64,000 bases of DNA, from NCBI RefSeq assembly GCF_963921235.1, contig NC_086108.1:71240001-71304000 (forward strand). The letters run 5' to 3'. The stretch is from Mobula hypostoma. Its lineage: Eukaryota. The notes under the pieces are model-generated. The model was not told the origin of the DNA. It made no database searches and was given only the letters and a program-made list of their open reading frames with translations. Within the stretch, counting starts at the first letter, position 1; each line of letters starts with the position of its first letter. The position numbers and the translations under genes are program-made. Of the stretch, positions 15,101 through 25,593 are shown one piece after another.

Positions 15101-18100
15101 CACCCACTTCTTCTCCTCCCCAATAGAGTTCCATCCACCTATCACCCCCAGACTTTTACAAACTGGTGGCCATCTTATCCCCCATCTGGTTCAAACTATC
15201 CTTCAGCCTTCTCTTTTATCAGCCCCCCACCCCCCCACCCTCCCCCGATTTGGATTTCAGCCCTTGTAACTCTTGTGCATCCACTTATCACCTTCCAGCC
15301 TCTGTCTTTACCATTATACCCTGACTGGCTCCAACTGCTCTTTTTACCAGCCCCCAGTGCCTCCCCCCCCCCCCCCCCGGCCAATCTCCTGTCTGCCAAC
15401 TCCCTCCCTCTTCCCTACCTGGATCCACCTGTCCATTATCTCTTACTTTATTTAACCCCTATTGGCCCGACTCACCCCTACACATCCTCCCGCTGTACTC
15501 GATCCTCATTCAGGGTCTCAACCCAAAAAGTTGCTGACTGACAAAGCACATGCCATTCTTTAATGCCTGCAGCCACCAGGCTCTGGCTCAAAGGAATCCA
15601 ATACCTGGCATCAAACTGTAATGATCAAGTGGTTAAACATTCAGTCACATTAAAGAATTCTCCCAACAAAATATTTTTAGCATTAGTTTTAATTAGTAAA
15701 GGATAACATGTTAAATAAAGATCAGAACATACTATACACTTTAATTACATCCACTAAAAATCCCTTTATCATCTTTATCTCATATTTCCATATGGGATCT
15801 GCATATAAATGTAGAAATGTTGGGCTATATAGAGTTTAAGTAGAAGAGTTTGCTAACCACTAATTAAAACTTTAAAACCCCACTTCCACTGTCTAAATTG
15901 GCTCAATATGGTCCAGGGGATTTTGTAGTGGCAGTTATTTTGATTTTGTACAAAATTCAAGCATGCCAAAGTGCTTTTTCTTCATTCTATTGGAGAATGT
16001 TGCAAGCAGTTTGGGAAAGTGTACAGAACTATTAGCAGTAACTTATGTGACCACTACAAAAGATCTTTTGAAATCCAACAGCAGTAATGTAAAGGGAAAT
16101 ATAGCACAACCTGCTTCAAGAATCAGTCTGGTTAAGCAAATGACGTATGAAATCCATTCCTCTTATAAGGCTGATGCATGGGTATTTCTTAATGGTAACT
16201 GAATGTTGTGGGATAGGCACTAGAGTTCAGACCTCACCACAGTAGCTGTGGGATTTAAAACCATTTAATAATAAGGAACTTTTAAAGAAAGTGCTTAGTA
16301 ATGATGAGAAAAGAAAATGTTTGGATCGCCATGAAAACCCTCCTGAGAAAATCTACCATTCTTACCTGATTGCACCTGTGTGCGACTCTAAACCACTAAG
16401 CCACCAGCAAACACACTCAGTTATATGAAGGCAATCCATTTGGTAAATTGGTGTATTATTGTCACATGTATCATGGAAGACTTGTCTTGCATGCCTCTCC
16501 TTCCAGGACCTCTGTCTTTACTTCTCGCAGCTCCAAGAATATCCCTTTTCTCAGCTATGGCAGGGCCCACAATGCTGGAGACCGTGTGAAGCACTCACTG
16601 CCACTTTCAGCCTGAAGTACTAAATGGATGATCCATTCTAGCTTCTTCCTGAGAGTTCCATCATCTTCAGCCAATTTGATGAACACGATGTGGCATTAAG
16701 ACACAGCTGAGAACACTGACTTCAGCTATGAGACCTTTAAAAAAACCTGTAGTACTACAGACATTTGCTCCAGAATTAGCTGTACCTTTGGCCAAATTGT
16801 TCCAGCACAGTTACAAGGATGACACCTGGTTAACAAAGTGGAACATTGCCCAGGTACATCCTCGTCACAAAAAGCAGAACAAATACAACCTGGGTAATTA
16901 TTGGGCACTGACTACTTTCAATCATCAGCAGAACGACGGAAAACAATATTGACGGTACCATCAAGGACTCTTCATCTCACGTTCTCGATGATCATTGCTT
17001 ACTTATTATTACTTCCTTCTTTTTGTATTTGCACAGTTTGTCGTCTTCTGCTTTCTGGTTGACCGCCCAAATTGGGCTGTTTTTCATTGTTTCTGTTATG
17101 GTTATTTTTCTACAGATGAGTATGCCCACAAGAAAATGAATCTCAAGGCTGTATATGGTGACATATGTACTTAGCACTTAGCAGCACCTAGTTACCAATA
17201 ACCTGATCAGTGACACTCAGATGGGTTTTCCATAGGACCACTTGGCTCCAAGCCACATGGAAATCTGGAGCAATCGAAGTCAAGGCCAGTACTCGACCAT
17301 GTATGGCATCAAGGAACTCATCAAAATCAATGGACAAAGGGAAAATACACCACTGGTTCAAGTCAGAGCTTGCTAAGGAGGATGATTGTGGCTGTTCGAA
17401 GTCAATCATTCCAGCCCCAGGATATCATGGCAGGTGTTTCTCAGGGCAGTATCCTCAGCCTAACCATCTTCAACTGCCTCATCAATGACCTTCCTCAAAC
17501 CACAGTCTTCATGTTCACTGACAACTGCACATTTTTCATACGCACTGGAACACTTCAGCAAATGAGCAGTCTGAGTCCTCATGTAGACAACATTCAAAGT
17601 GGCAATGACTATCTCCAACAACTGTCTAAGTGCCCACTACTCTCAATAACATTTGAAAGGCCTTGAAGAGGTTTATGAAGGTGTAGAAGAGGTTTACCAG
17701 CACGCTACCTGGATTAAAGGCATGTGCTTTTACAAAAGGTTGGACAAACTTTGGTTGTTTTCTCTGGAGGGGCGGAGGCTGAGAGGGGATCTGATAGAGG
17801 TTTGTAAGATTAGGGGAGGAGAAGATGTCGGTGTGACGCAGCGCGCGCAGCCGCTCTGAAATGATATCGGTATTTGTTAAATAGGGGCATGCACAATTCT
17901 GATTTGATGGAGACAGACGTAAGAAGCACGGAGGAACATCTGGAGACACTTCTGAAATGCCCGCTTCGCTGCCGCTGCTACTGTGCGATCGAGAATCTCC
18001 AGAGGGGAAGGCCCCAAATCCTTGGCTTTGCCTATTGCCTGTTGCTGGGGTCGGGGTCGAAGTGCTCGGCAGAGATGGTGCTCGGTGTCGGAGGCTCGAA

Positions 18101-21100
18101 GTTTTCGGACGGACTCAAGAGTCGGCTGTGGTCGGGTGCTTCCAGGGTGCTGCATCGGCAAGTTTGCGGCGCTGGAAGCTCACGGCAGGGAGAGTTTCTC
18201 CCTTCTACCGTCTGCGTGAGCTGATGGGACTTTCGAGAGACTTTGAGGCTTTTTTTTTTACTGTGCCCATGGTCTGTTCTTCATCAAATTACGGTATTGC
18301 TTTGCACTGTTGTAACTATATGTTATAATTATGTGGTTTTTGTCAGTTTTTTTTAAAGCCTTGGTTTGTCTTGTGTTTCTGTGATATCATTCTGGAGGAA
18401 CATTGTGTCATTTCTTAATGCATGCATTACTAAATGACAATAAAAGAGGACTGCGTGTCCTCATAATCTAATCTAAGATTATGAGAGGCGGAGATAGAGT
18501 AGACAGACAGTATCTTTTTCCCAGGGTTGAAATGTCTAATGCCAGAGGGCATGCATTTAAGGTGAGGGAGTAAGTTCAAAGGAGATAGGAGTGGTGGGAG
18601 CTTGGAATCTGATGCCTGGGTTGGCGGTAGTGGCAGATACATGAGGGACCATTAAGAAACATTTCAATAGGCACATGAATGTGAGGAAAATGGAAAGATA
18701 TGGACATTGTGTAGGCAGAAAAGATTAGTTTAGTTGGCCATTTAAATTACTAATTTAATTGGTTTGGCCCAACATTGTGGGTTCCTGTGCTGTACTTCTC
18801 CATGTTCTACATACATGAAAAGGTCAGGGGATGGATATGCTTCACCCCTTTAATACATTCAAAAGTTTTCCACCATCTACAATGCAGAGTCAGGTGTGGG
18901 ATGGAACACTTGTCACTGGCCTCATTAATTACAGTTCCAACAGCATCAAAGGAACTCAGTATCAACCAGGATAAAGCAACTTGCTTCATTATTGCCTCAT
19001 CCACCAGTGAGTGGTGCACAAGGGCCGTGTTGTACACCTTCTACCAATTACCCCCTCAAGCTACTTTGACAGCATCTCCCAAATCTGCAACTTCAACCTC
19101 CAAATGAGACAAGGGCTTCAGCTGCAGGGAATCATGAGCAACTGCCTTTCACCCCACTGGATACCTTGAATGAAGAATAAACTGATCTTCCTGCATCACT
19201 GTAGGAACGGTCTCAATGTTTAAACTCCATTACCAACATCACTGTGGAAGTACGTTTATTAACATTTCAGTCTCTTAAGAACAGTTATGTATGGACAATA
19301 CACACTGACGCTGACAACAAGCCTATTCTGAATAAAGGCATTTTCAAAAGATAATCAGTTTTGGACCATTAATGTGCTCAACATACATGTTAGAAGATCA
19401 TGGCACCAGCTACAGTTACCTTAGAGCAAAGGCAGATCATCAATGTTATATTGCACACCGAGAAAATCGGAGCCTAACACTAGAAGTTAAAAACTCACCA
19501 CATTATTGACACATTGTTTCTCTGCCTCCTCTGCTACATTCAAACCAGGCTTGAGGAAACCCTTGGAAAATGCTTCTTGAAGCTGTGGAAAAATAAACAT
19601 TCATTGTGACATGTTTAATGCAAATGAAGTGTAAACTCCAGCATTTTTCTTCCTGACATAGCAATTCACCCAATGGATTACAGGCAAATTTTAAAACATG
19701 TTGAGTTGAAAAGGAAATATTTATATATATTTTTAAATTGTGACCCCCATTATTGAATATTATATCCTCTTTACTGCACAAGAACTTAAACAGGTTTTCG
19801 ATAAAAGTATTTGAACTATTTGAAAATAGAGTAATATTCTATTTGGTTGCTCTTCATAGGGCAATGTGAAATTAGCAGTTTTGTGCCAAGAAAAATATAG
19901 ATCTCAATAGTCAGAAAACTTGTCCGATTGCTTAATGGTAGAGCATTAACAAGTATTCTAGATTCTTAAATTTTTTTTTCAAGCAGAAGCTGAAAAGAGT
20001 TCATTCCAAGTTGTATCAATGAGGTATGAAAGTCCCACCGGAAATTCAGCCCCAAGATTTGCAATGCATTTTTATTAATTGCAGAAAACAGTTCTGATGG
20101 TCTCTGGCCTGAAATGCCAGAAATGCCTTAAGAAGCACAAAGTATGTCCAGGCTACTAATGCACTTTGGACCTAGAAACGACGGGGCTTCGTATTGTGCC
20201 ATTCCATAGGTCTATCACATCACGCCTGGAAGTTGGATGTTTGAGATTGACTGGCATGTAGTGGATAGAACACAGAGCAGTAGAGCACAGCACAGGCTCT
20301 TTGGCCCAAAATTTGCGTCGTTCTATAAACATATTCTACAATCTAATCCTCCCCCCCTACACAGCCCATAGCCCTCTGTTTTTCTTACATCCATATATCT
20401 ATCTAAGAGTCTCTTAAATATCCCAATTGTATCAGTCACTTCCACCAACCCTGGCGGTGCAATTAAGGCACATATCACTCTGTACAAAAAAACCTAACTC
20501 TAACATCTCCTCTATACTTTCCTCCTCTCACTTTAAATGGATGACTCTGGTATTGGCCATTGCTGCCCTGCCTGGGGAAAAAAGGCACTGGTTGTCCACT
20601 ATATCTGCCACCCATAATTATACACCTCTATCAAATCACCTTTTATTTTACTTAAACAGAAAAGCCACAGTTTTCAAGGTAACCCAAACAGAGTGAGAAT
20701 GCATCATCCCCAGGTTCCCTGAGTGTGTCCAGACATTTAACACAGTCCAACATCAGGGATTTTGCCGACTGTGATCCTGAAAACAATATGGCGGGTTTCT
20801 TTTGGACGGTTTTGATAATGCCTGGAAAGTCAGCTGTTCCGAAATGGAACAAGTAACCGATCAGATTGGACGAAGATCACACAATTCTGTATCAACATGC
20901 CGTCCGCTAACGTGAAACACGAGAGATTCTGAAGCTGCTGTAACGTTGAGCAATACACGCAAAATGCTGGAAGAACTCAGCACGTCACGTAGAATCAATG
21001 GAGAATAAACAGTCGACGTTTATTCGGGCCAAGACCCTTCATCAGAACTGAAGTCAATCTGACCTCTTTTCAGCCCGAAACGTCCATTGTAGATGCTACT

Positions 21101-21478
21101 TGATTTGCTGAATTCCTTTACTGTGTTGTGTGTGTTATCGCCTGATAACACCGCTTTCCTTGTTTCCTCGGTAATCACCTAAAAATGATATATCTGACCA
21201 CTTCAGTTACCGGTATTACCCTCTATCATGTTCCAGAGAAGTAGAGCACCTTCAAACGGCGAACATTTACAGCCTGTACTGCGAGCCTATTCAGAGCTCC
21301 TCGAACCAGGCACGTGTCCACAGTTCACAACGAAACAAATCCACTGACCCCAACCCCGTTACTATAATGTACGAAAGTCCCGTTTCAAAAGCCATCTAAC
21401 CTCTAAATCGGACAAATCCGATCCCTCCAAGTCTGACAGGGACTCAGATTCCGACTCGGACGTACCACCGTGGTCCAT
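3048..21478 (-). CDS. EBNA1BP2: EBNA1 binding protein 2 (probable rRNA-processing protein EBP2); full gene span, 9 coding exons, 942-nt CDS, 313 aa
   Basis: Spliced exons join in frame: MDHGGTSESESESLSDLEGSDLSDLE-LQEAFSKGFLKPGLNV...GLKQCLEDFKKDLKWVERLD...DPEDDFQREVFFYRQAQ...TKRPSDYFAEMAKSDQQMQK-IREK...KYGKK-VQ...KKYQKG...KRKYKNEKFGFGGRKKG...KRPGK...*. All intron phases are consistent. Confidence 0.97.
4025..4316 (-). mobile_element. tRNA-derived SINE (probably RTE-mobilised), full length
   Basis: Pol III A-box-like TGGCGCAACG and B box GGTTCGAAAC, GCAACTCGACCTCGTAAAA middle, AAAG-rich tail; 14-bp TSD AACTGT(T/A)TATTTCC at 4011-4024 and 4317-4330. Confidence 0.85.
4456..4690 (-). mobile_element. 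HE1-like V-SINE fragment
   Basis: V-domain GGGTGCTCCAGTTTTCTCCCACAGTCCAAAGACATG and CR1-type tail GGGCCTATTCTGTGCTGTATCTCTAA on the minus strand. Confidence 0.75.
5030..5338 (+). mobile_element. Degenerate HE1-like V-SINE
   Basis: tRNA-like head (GTAGAGCCACTGCCTTACAGC), degenerate V domain, tail GGGCCTGGTTCTGTGCTGTACGACTCTATGA. Confidence 0.6.
6262..6430 (-). CDS. EBNA1BP2: EBNA1BP2 exon 8 (INAKRKYKNEKFGFGGRKKGLKRNTKESYDDVSSF...KHAN)
   Basis: ccag acceptor, gtgagt donor, 169 nt, phase 2/0, signature KFGFGG.K. Confidence 0.96.
7503..7596 (-). CDS. EBNA1BP2: EBNA1BP2 exon 7 (GLSDKLDFLEGDKASSTGKKEGGGGYAQQKK)
   Basis: tcag acceptor, gtaag donor, 94 nt, phase 1/2, conserved DKLDFLEG. Confidence 0.94.
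7802..7877 (-). CDS. EBNA1BP2: EBNA1BP2 exon 6 (VQVEVIQKRQKEKKAMMTAVKKYQK)
   Basis: tag acceptor, gttggg donor, 76 nt, phase 0/1. Confidence 0.94.
8090..9650 (-). mobile_element. CR1-clade LINE 3' fragment in EBNA1BP2 intron 5
   Basis: Minus-strand translations LYQVMVRPCLEY, LVVVQRR, EFRRIRRDL, LFPLVGETRTKGHSL. Confidence 0.85.
9236..9355 (+). mobile_element. Short Penelope-derived repeat (hammerhead-motif family) inserted in CR1
   Basis: CTGATGAAGG...CCGAAAC core plus family tail GGATTTCCAGCATCTGCAG; flanking 15-bp duplication TATTCCAA(G/C)TCTCTG at 9221-9235 and 9356-9370. Confidence 0.7.
11197..11286 (-). CDS. EBNA1BP2: EBNA1BP2 exon 5 (IREKMLSKQMAMEKSEKAKQLRALRKYGKK)
   Basis: ttttag acceptor, gtattt donor, 90 nt, phase 0/0. 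Confidence 0.96.
12288..12411 (-). CDS. EBNA1BP2: EBNA1BP2 exon 4 (FYRQAQATALSALPRLQRLKIATKRPSDYFAEMAKSDQQMQK)
   Basis: tttag acceptor, 124 nt, phase 2/0, followed by the non-canonical donor AAG|gcaagt. Confidence 0.95.
13180..13975 (+). mobile_element. Rex1/Babar-type LINE 3' fragment
   Basis: KTKELIID, ERVSNFTFVG..ISKDLSWS.H...ITKKA.Q.LYF..SLRRF, plus a typical 3' UTR ending AATAAA...ACTTGGAACTT. Confidence 0.85.
14383..14555 (-). CDS. EBNA1BP2: EBNA1BP2 exon 3 (VGLKQCLEDFKKDLKWVERLDMT...DPEDDFQREVF)
   Basis: cag acceptor, gtaggt donor, 173 nt, phase 0/2. Confidence 0.96.
15075..15540 (+). mobile_element. Penelope-like element 3' pyrimidine-rich tail with degenerate terminal motif
   Basis: C/T-rich tract similar to 31620-31890, ending in CAGGGTCTCAACCCAAAA. 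Confidence 0.5.
16500..17640 (+). mobile_element. Old CR1-like LINE RT remnant (with a Rex-type 3' UTR fragment at ~16960-17170)
   Basis: APELAVPLAKLFQHSY, WNIAQVHP, GVSQGSILSLTIFNCLINDL...MFTDN. Confidence 0.7.
17660..18810 (+). mobile_element. CR1 LINE 3' end, interrupted by the element at 17813-18473
   Basis: RLDKLWLFSLEGRRLRGDLIEVCKI|MRGGDRVDRQYLFPRVE continues across the insertion. Confidence 0.8.
17813..18473 (+). mobile_element. Young CpG-rich non-autonomous non-LTR element (non-coding, LINE 5'UTR plus 3'UTR type)
   Basis: 8-bp TSD TAAGATTA at 17805-17812 and 18474-18481; starts GGGGAGGAGAAGATG; ends AATAAA, hairpin, (TAATC)n. Confidence 0.75.
19499..19582 (-). CDS. EBNA1BP2: EBNA1BP2 exon 2 (LQEAFSKGFLKPGLNVAEEAEKQCVNNV)
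   Basis: cacag acceptor, gtgagt donor, 84 nt, phase 0/0, conserved LQ.AF..G.LKPGLN. Confidence 0.95.
20265..20640 (-). mobile_element. CR1 LINE 3' end fragment
   Basis: Typical CR1 3' UTR (ATAGAACACAGAGCAGTAGAGCACAG...GCCCTCTGTTTTTCT...) on the minus strand. Confidence 0.65.
20915..21135. mobile_element. Fold-back pair of short Penelope-derived repeats in EBNA1BP2 intron 1
   Basis: Minus-strand unit (AAAATGCTGGAAGAACTCAGCA...CAGTCGACG...GACCCTTCATCAG) followed by an inverted partial unit (CAGCCCGAAACGTC...GATGCT...TGCTGAATTCC). Confidence 0.7.
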
Positions 21479-21830
21479 GCCACCACCGTTAACAAAGCGG
21501 AAGCACTTTTCCCGGTCCCTCAACAACTACTGTCCGGAGTCAACAAACCCCCCCTTTCCTAGTTCTAGGCAGCGAGCGTTTGCTTTAACAATTTTTAAAT
21601 CTCCCATCGTGGGTGAAACTGATTGGAATTATGTAATTTTGTATTTTCTATCCCTCTCCTTTTCATTCCGGAGAAAGAAACACTTTCTTTCACATTCTTG
21701 AAGCGTCGGTTCGTTGCAGGCCGGACACTATGGTGTTGCGCACAAGGCGACGGTGATATCAGTTGCCGGTAGATGGCAGACGAAGGCTGGATTTAGTGAT
21801 CGTGTTCAAGGCAACCGAGTAGCGGAGGTT
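21300..21830. promoter_or_regulatory. CpG-rich, probably bidirectional promoter of EBNA1BP2
   Basis: Locally high CpG density around exon 1; ETS motif CGGAAG at 21498-21503; E-box CACGTG at 21311-21316; RFX-like motifs at 21735-21751, 21762-21774 and 21802-21815; plus-strand donor GAG|gttagt at 21827. Confidence 0.65.
21401..21478 (-). CDS. EBNA1BP2: EBNA1BP2 exon 1 (coding part, MDHGGTSESESESLSDLEGSDLSDLE)
   Basis: ATG in strong Kozak context (GGTGGCATGG), donor GAG|gttag, acidic Ser-rich N-terminus as in vertebrate EBP2. Confidence 0.9.
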
Positions 21831-22764
21831 AGTGGAGAGGAATGCTTGGGAAAGAGTGATAAAGGGTGGGAAAAGTGAGGAATAATGCGCTGAGAGGGAA
21901 AAATGCGGCTGTTGGAATTGTAAAATAAGATTAGAAAAGCTGCATCCGTGTCAGGTTCCGAGAAGGAGAGTGATTTCAATCAGCTGGACACAGTTATTTG
22001 TTTCGGATCATGCACCTCTCCATTGTAAAAATAAGTTTTTATTGCCATTTGCATCGATGTGTTGCGTCGAGTGGTCTGGTCGGTTATTTTTCTGGAAGAT
22101 CACATTTTCTCTGTCTCCAACCACCAGACGTAAACTTCAATAAATGAGAGTGTGAATTAGCTAAGAAAGATCGGGAAGTTAAATAGCACGACAGCAGATT
22201 AACAATACCTGACGTCAAAAGAAAAATAATTGAACATTTAGTAAACGTAAAACATAAACATAAAGTTTGATCCTTTACGTATCACTGAATAGGAAATAAT
22301 AGGAATTAATTCCAAAAGAAGCCATTAATTTTGCCGATTACACGTGATTTCTGGGATTGACAGAGTGGGAAATTAACAATCTAACCTTCAGAAACCAGAC
22401 GAAATTAATATCAGTAAGGAAATTGTGTTAGAATTCGAAAAAAATGAATATCGTTGAGCTGATGGTCTATGTCTTTGATTTCTAAAACAAGTGGATGAAG
22501 AGCTGGTGGTTGCATTGATACTGATTTTTACCAAATTCAAGAGATTTTTGATAAAAAAAACTAATAGATTAGAAGAAACGAAGTAAAATCCCACTATTCA
22601 GGAAAGCAGAGAAAGAGAGAGAATACAAGGATGGGTAGACCAGATTGCCTGACATGAGTAGTGATAAGAAGTGATAGAGTCCATTGTTAAGTTATATCAC
22701 TATGCAAATGATATCGCTAAGAAGTGATAGAGTCCATTATTAAGGATGTGTTCAAAAATGAAGT

Positions 22765-23580
22765 AAATTTGTTGTCAAGAGGTACATATATCTCAATATT
22801 ATCAGATGTATGTATGAGATTCATTTTCTTGCTGGTATTCACAATAGAACAAAGAAATACAATAAAAGCAATGAAAAACTACACACAAAGAAAGACTGAC
22901 AAACAATGTGCAAAAGAAGACAAACTCTGCAAGTACAAAATAAATAAACAAATAAACTAACAAACACATAAACAAATAATACCAAGAACGTGAGTTGTGG
23001 AGTCCTTGAAGGTGAGTCTGTAGGTTGTGGAATCAGATGGTTGTTGAGGTGAGTGAAGTTATCCATGCTAATTCAGGAGCCTGAAGATTGAAGGGTAATA
23101 ACTTCCTGAACCTGGTGGTGTTGGACTTAAGGTTCCTGTCCCTCCTTCCTTGATGGACACTGCCTTCTTGTGGTGGTGCTCCTTGGCGTTGCGCTCAGTG
23201 GTGGAGAGGACTTTTCCTCTGATGGACTGGGCAGTATCCATCAATTTTTGTAGGCTTTTCCATTCTTGTGCATTGGTGTTTACATTCAAGTCAGTGATGG
23301 AACCAGTCAGGATATTCTCCATTGTGCATCTATCGAAGCTTGTCAAGGCTCTAGATTACACACCTAAGAAAGTGAAGGTGATGCTGTGCCTTCTTTGTAA
23401 GAGCACTTACGTGCTGGTCCCAGGACAGATCCTCCAATATGATAACACCATAGAATTTAAACTTTCTGACCCTCTTCACCTCCGATCCTGTAATGAAGAC
23501 TGGCTCATGGATCCTTGGTTTCTTCCTCTTGTGGTCAATAATCAGGTCTTTTGTTGACGTTGAGTAAGATGTTGTTGTGA
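22765..23580 (-). mobile_element. Rex1/Babar-type LINE 3' fragment
   Basis: RCTMENILTGSIT, KSLQKLMDTAQSI, SYYPSIFRLLN in ORF 23068-23346, plus 3' UTR. Confidence 0.8.
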
Positions 23581-25593
23581 CAAGGCTGTATCCACTTGGA
23601 TACAGTATACAGAAGAGAAATTATGCCTGCCAAGTGTAATATGTCTTAAGGATGCATCTAGATCAGTAGCTTCTGGTTTAAGATGGCACTGGTGAAACAC
23701 AGTGACGCCTTGCTGGCAGCAAACAAAACTGCTAACTGCTCTCTAAATCACACTTTGAACTTGGTACTTTGCTGTAAGAATGAATAAATCCTAATATACA
23801 CCTTGGAGGAAAGGGCCTAATGTGAGATTATACTGTTTGAGTGTGTATTGAAGAATAGATGAATGCTAGATCTTATAATTTTTCTTTTGAAAATCAGGAT
23901 AAGAAGTATTTTGATGCAAGGTAAATGGATAAGTAAAGCAGAGAAGACACTGATTCAATTTCTGTTCCTGTTACTATTATACACAGCTAAATAATAAATT
24001 TTCCCTCTGGTTCATTATTTTTGCAATTAGGCTGAGTGGAAAAAGTAAACTGATTATTTTTCTGGCATGGTCCTTGAGATTTCTGGTTGGTGGTTGGTCC
24101 AATCAATTTTAGTGATATTGATGGGTCAATCCTTGTGGTGTTGGTGTGTTGATGAAATTCAATAGTGCCTACCAATGGCAAGGAACAGATATTTTTAAAT
24201 ATTCTGATCAGCCAACTGTGGAATTCTTTTGATAAGATTTGATAATCATCTTCTTGATAGCCTTTCTTCCAAAATATAGGGTTAAACTCTGACCTATGGG
24301 AATGTTGCCATCAATATTGATTTTGTAGTGATGAGAATATTTTTCTGCTTTAAAGCTGCTGGTCCTTTCCTCAGAATACAACTGTCTACACTTACAGAAC
24401 ACATTCCTTTATGGTTTCTAATTAAGAAAATTAGCATTCATCCCTGTAGATCCTGTATTTTGGGAAGAACCCTCCTTAGAGTGAACAGTAAAGGCAGCTA
24501 TAGTTTTGACACGTTATATTTTAATCGAAAAATAAAATAAAAATAAATATTTCACGTAGATCAACAAAAATCATCATCAGCAATTATATATGCAATACTG
24601 GCACATTTACCAGAAGGGACCATGACAGTTGTAGGTTCTGGGCCAACAATAGATATTGTTTTGTAGTTATACTTCTGCTTCATTTCAGACCAACATAGAA
24701 ATGCAAGCAACACACACAAAATGCTGGAGGAACTCAGCAGGCCAGGCAGCATCTATGGAAAAGAGTGCAGTCGACGTTTTGGGCCGAGACCCTTCAGCAG
24801 AGATGCCTTGCAATATTAATTTGTAAACCTAGATGTCTCAAGCAGTTGACTGAAGCAATGTTCAAAAGGATCTGTAACGCTGCATGCTGCCCAATTCAAT
24901 TGTCTGGCAGGATTCCTGAAATCAGAGACTGTTTTCATTTAGGTATAACAAAAGTGTGCATACATTACATTCAATATATACATTGCCCCTGCCATTGGTA
25001 CATAAATTGTATAAGGGCAGGCAGATTGCGGATAGAGAAGTGGTGATTTCCTGATTTAATATAATATAGGCAATTTAATAATATAATATAAGCAATAATA
25101 TAATATAATATAAGCAATTTAAAAGAAATATTATTTTCTAGTTTCATTGCAAAATATGATTTCTTGGTAAGATGAAGGTAAGATTTAATAAGAAGTATAC
25201 ATGCCATAGTTTTGTTGATAACATCAAGCACCATATTAGGCAATGAAGGTATAAGTATAAAAATGCAAGGTAACAGTCTGAATTACTGCACACTGAACTT
25301 CTACATATCTGAAGTTAGATGTCCAAGTACTGTATTGGTTTATAATCATTGACATAGACTGAACCTCAGCTAATGAAAATTCAAGGCAAGTAGGAACTTG
25401 TATATTGCAAACAGTTTCTGTAGGGATGTAACATATTTTGATGAACTGGTGTAAATCCCCAACCTCAGGAATTTCTATTTGGAAACAAATACAGGGATCC
25501 CTAATCGCACAACTCTCATTTAATTCAGTTAACACATTTATTTCAAGATTAGAGGAATTAAATAAAGAAATGTATACTTTAAGACTACATAAG

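Noticed and set aside
15017..15541. Proline-rich 174-aa ORF
   Set aside because: Artefact of a C/T-rich Penelope-type tail; no splice or homology support
3102..21400. Intronic snoRNAs in EBNA1BP2
   Set aside because: No convincing C/D box pair with terminal stem or H/ACA structure seen by eye; a cmsearch against Rfam would be needed to exclude them
22665..22744. 27-bp direct repeat with a 26-bp spacer (CRISPR-like spacing)
   Set aside because: Only two units, inside a CR1 remnant of a vertebrate genome, with no cas genes; a simple local duplication
25236..25590. Minus-strand ORF segment (EIPEVGDLHQF...) as an exon
   Set aside because: No recognisable homology, weak donor, and phase incompatible with the candidate exon at 34915
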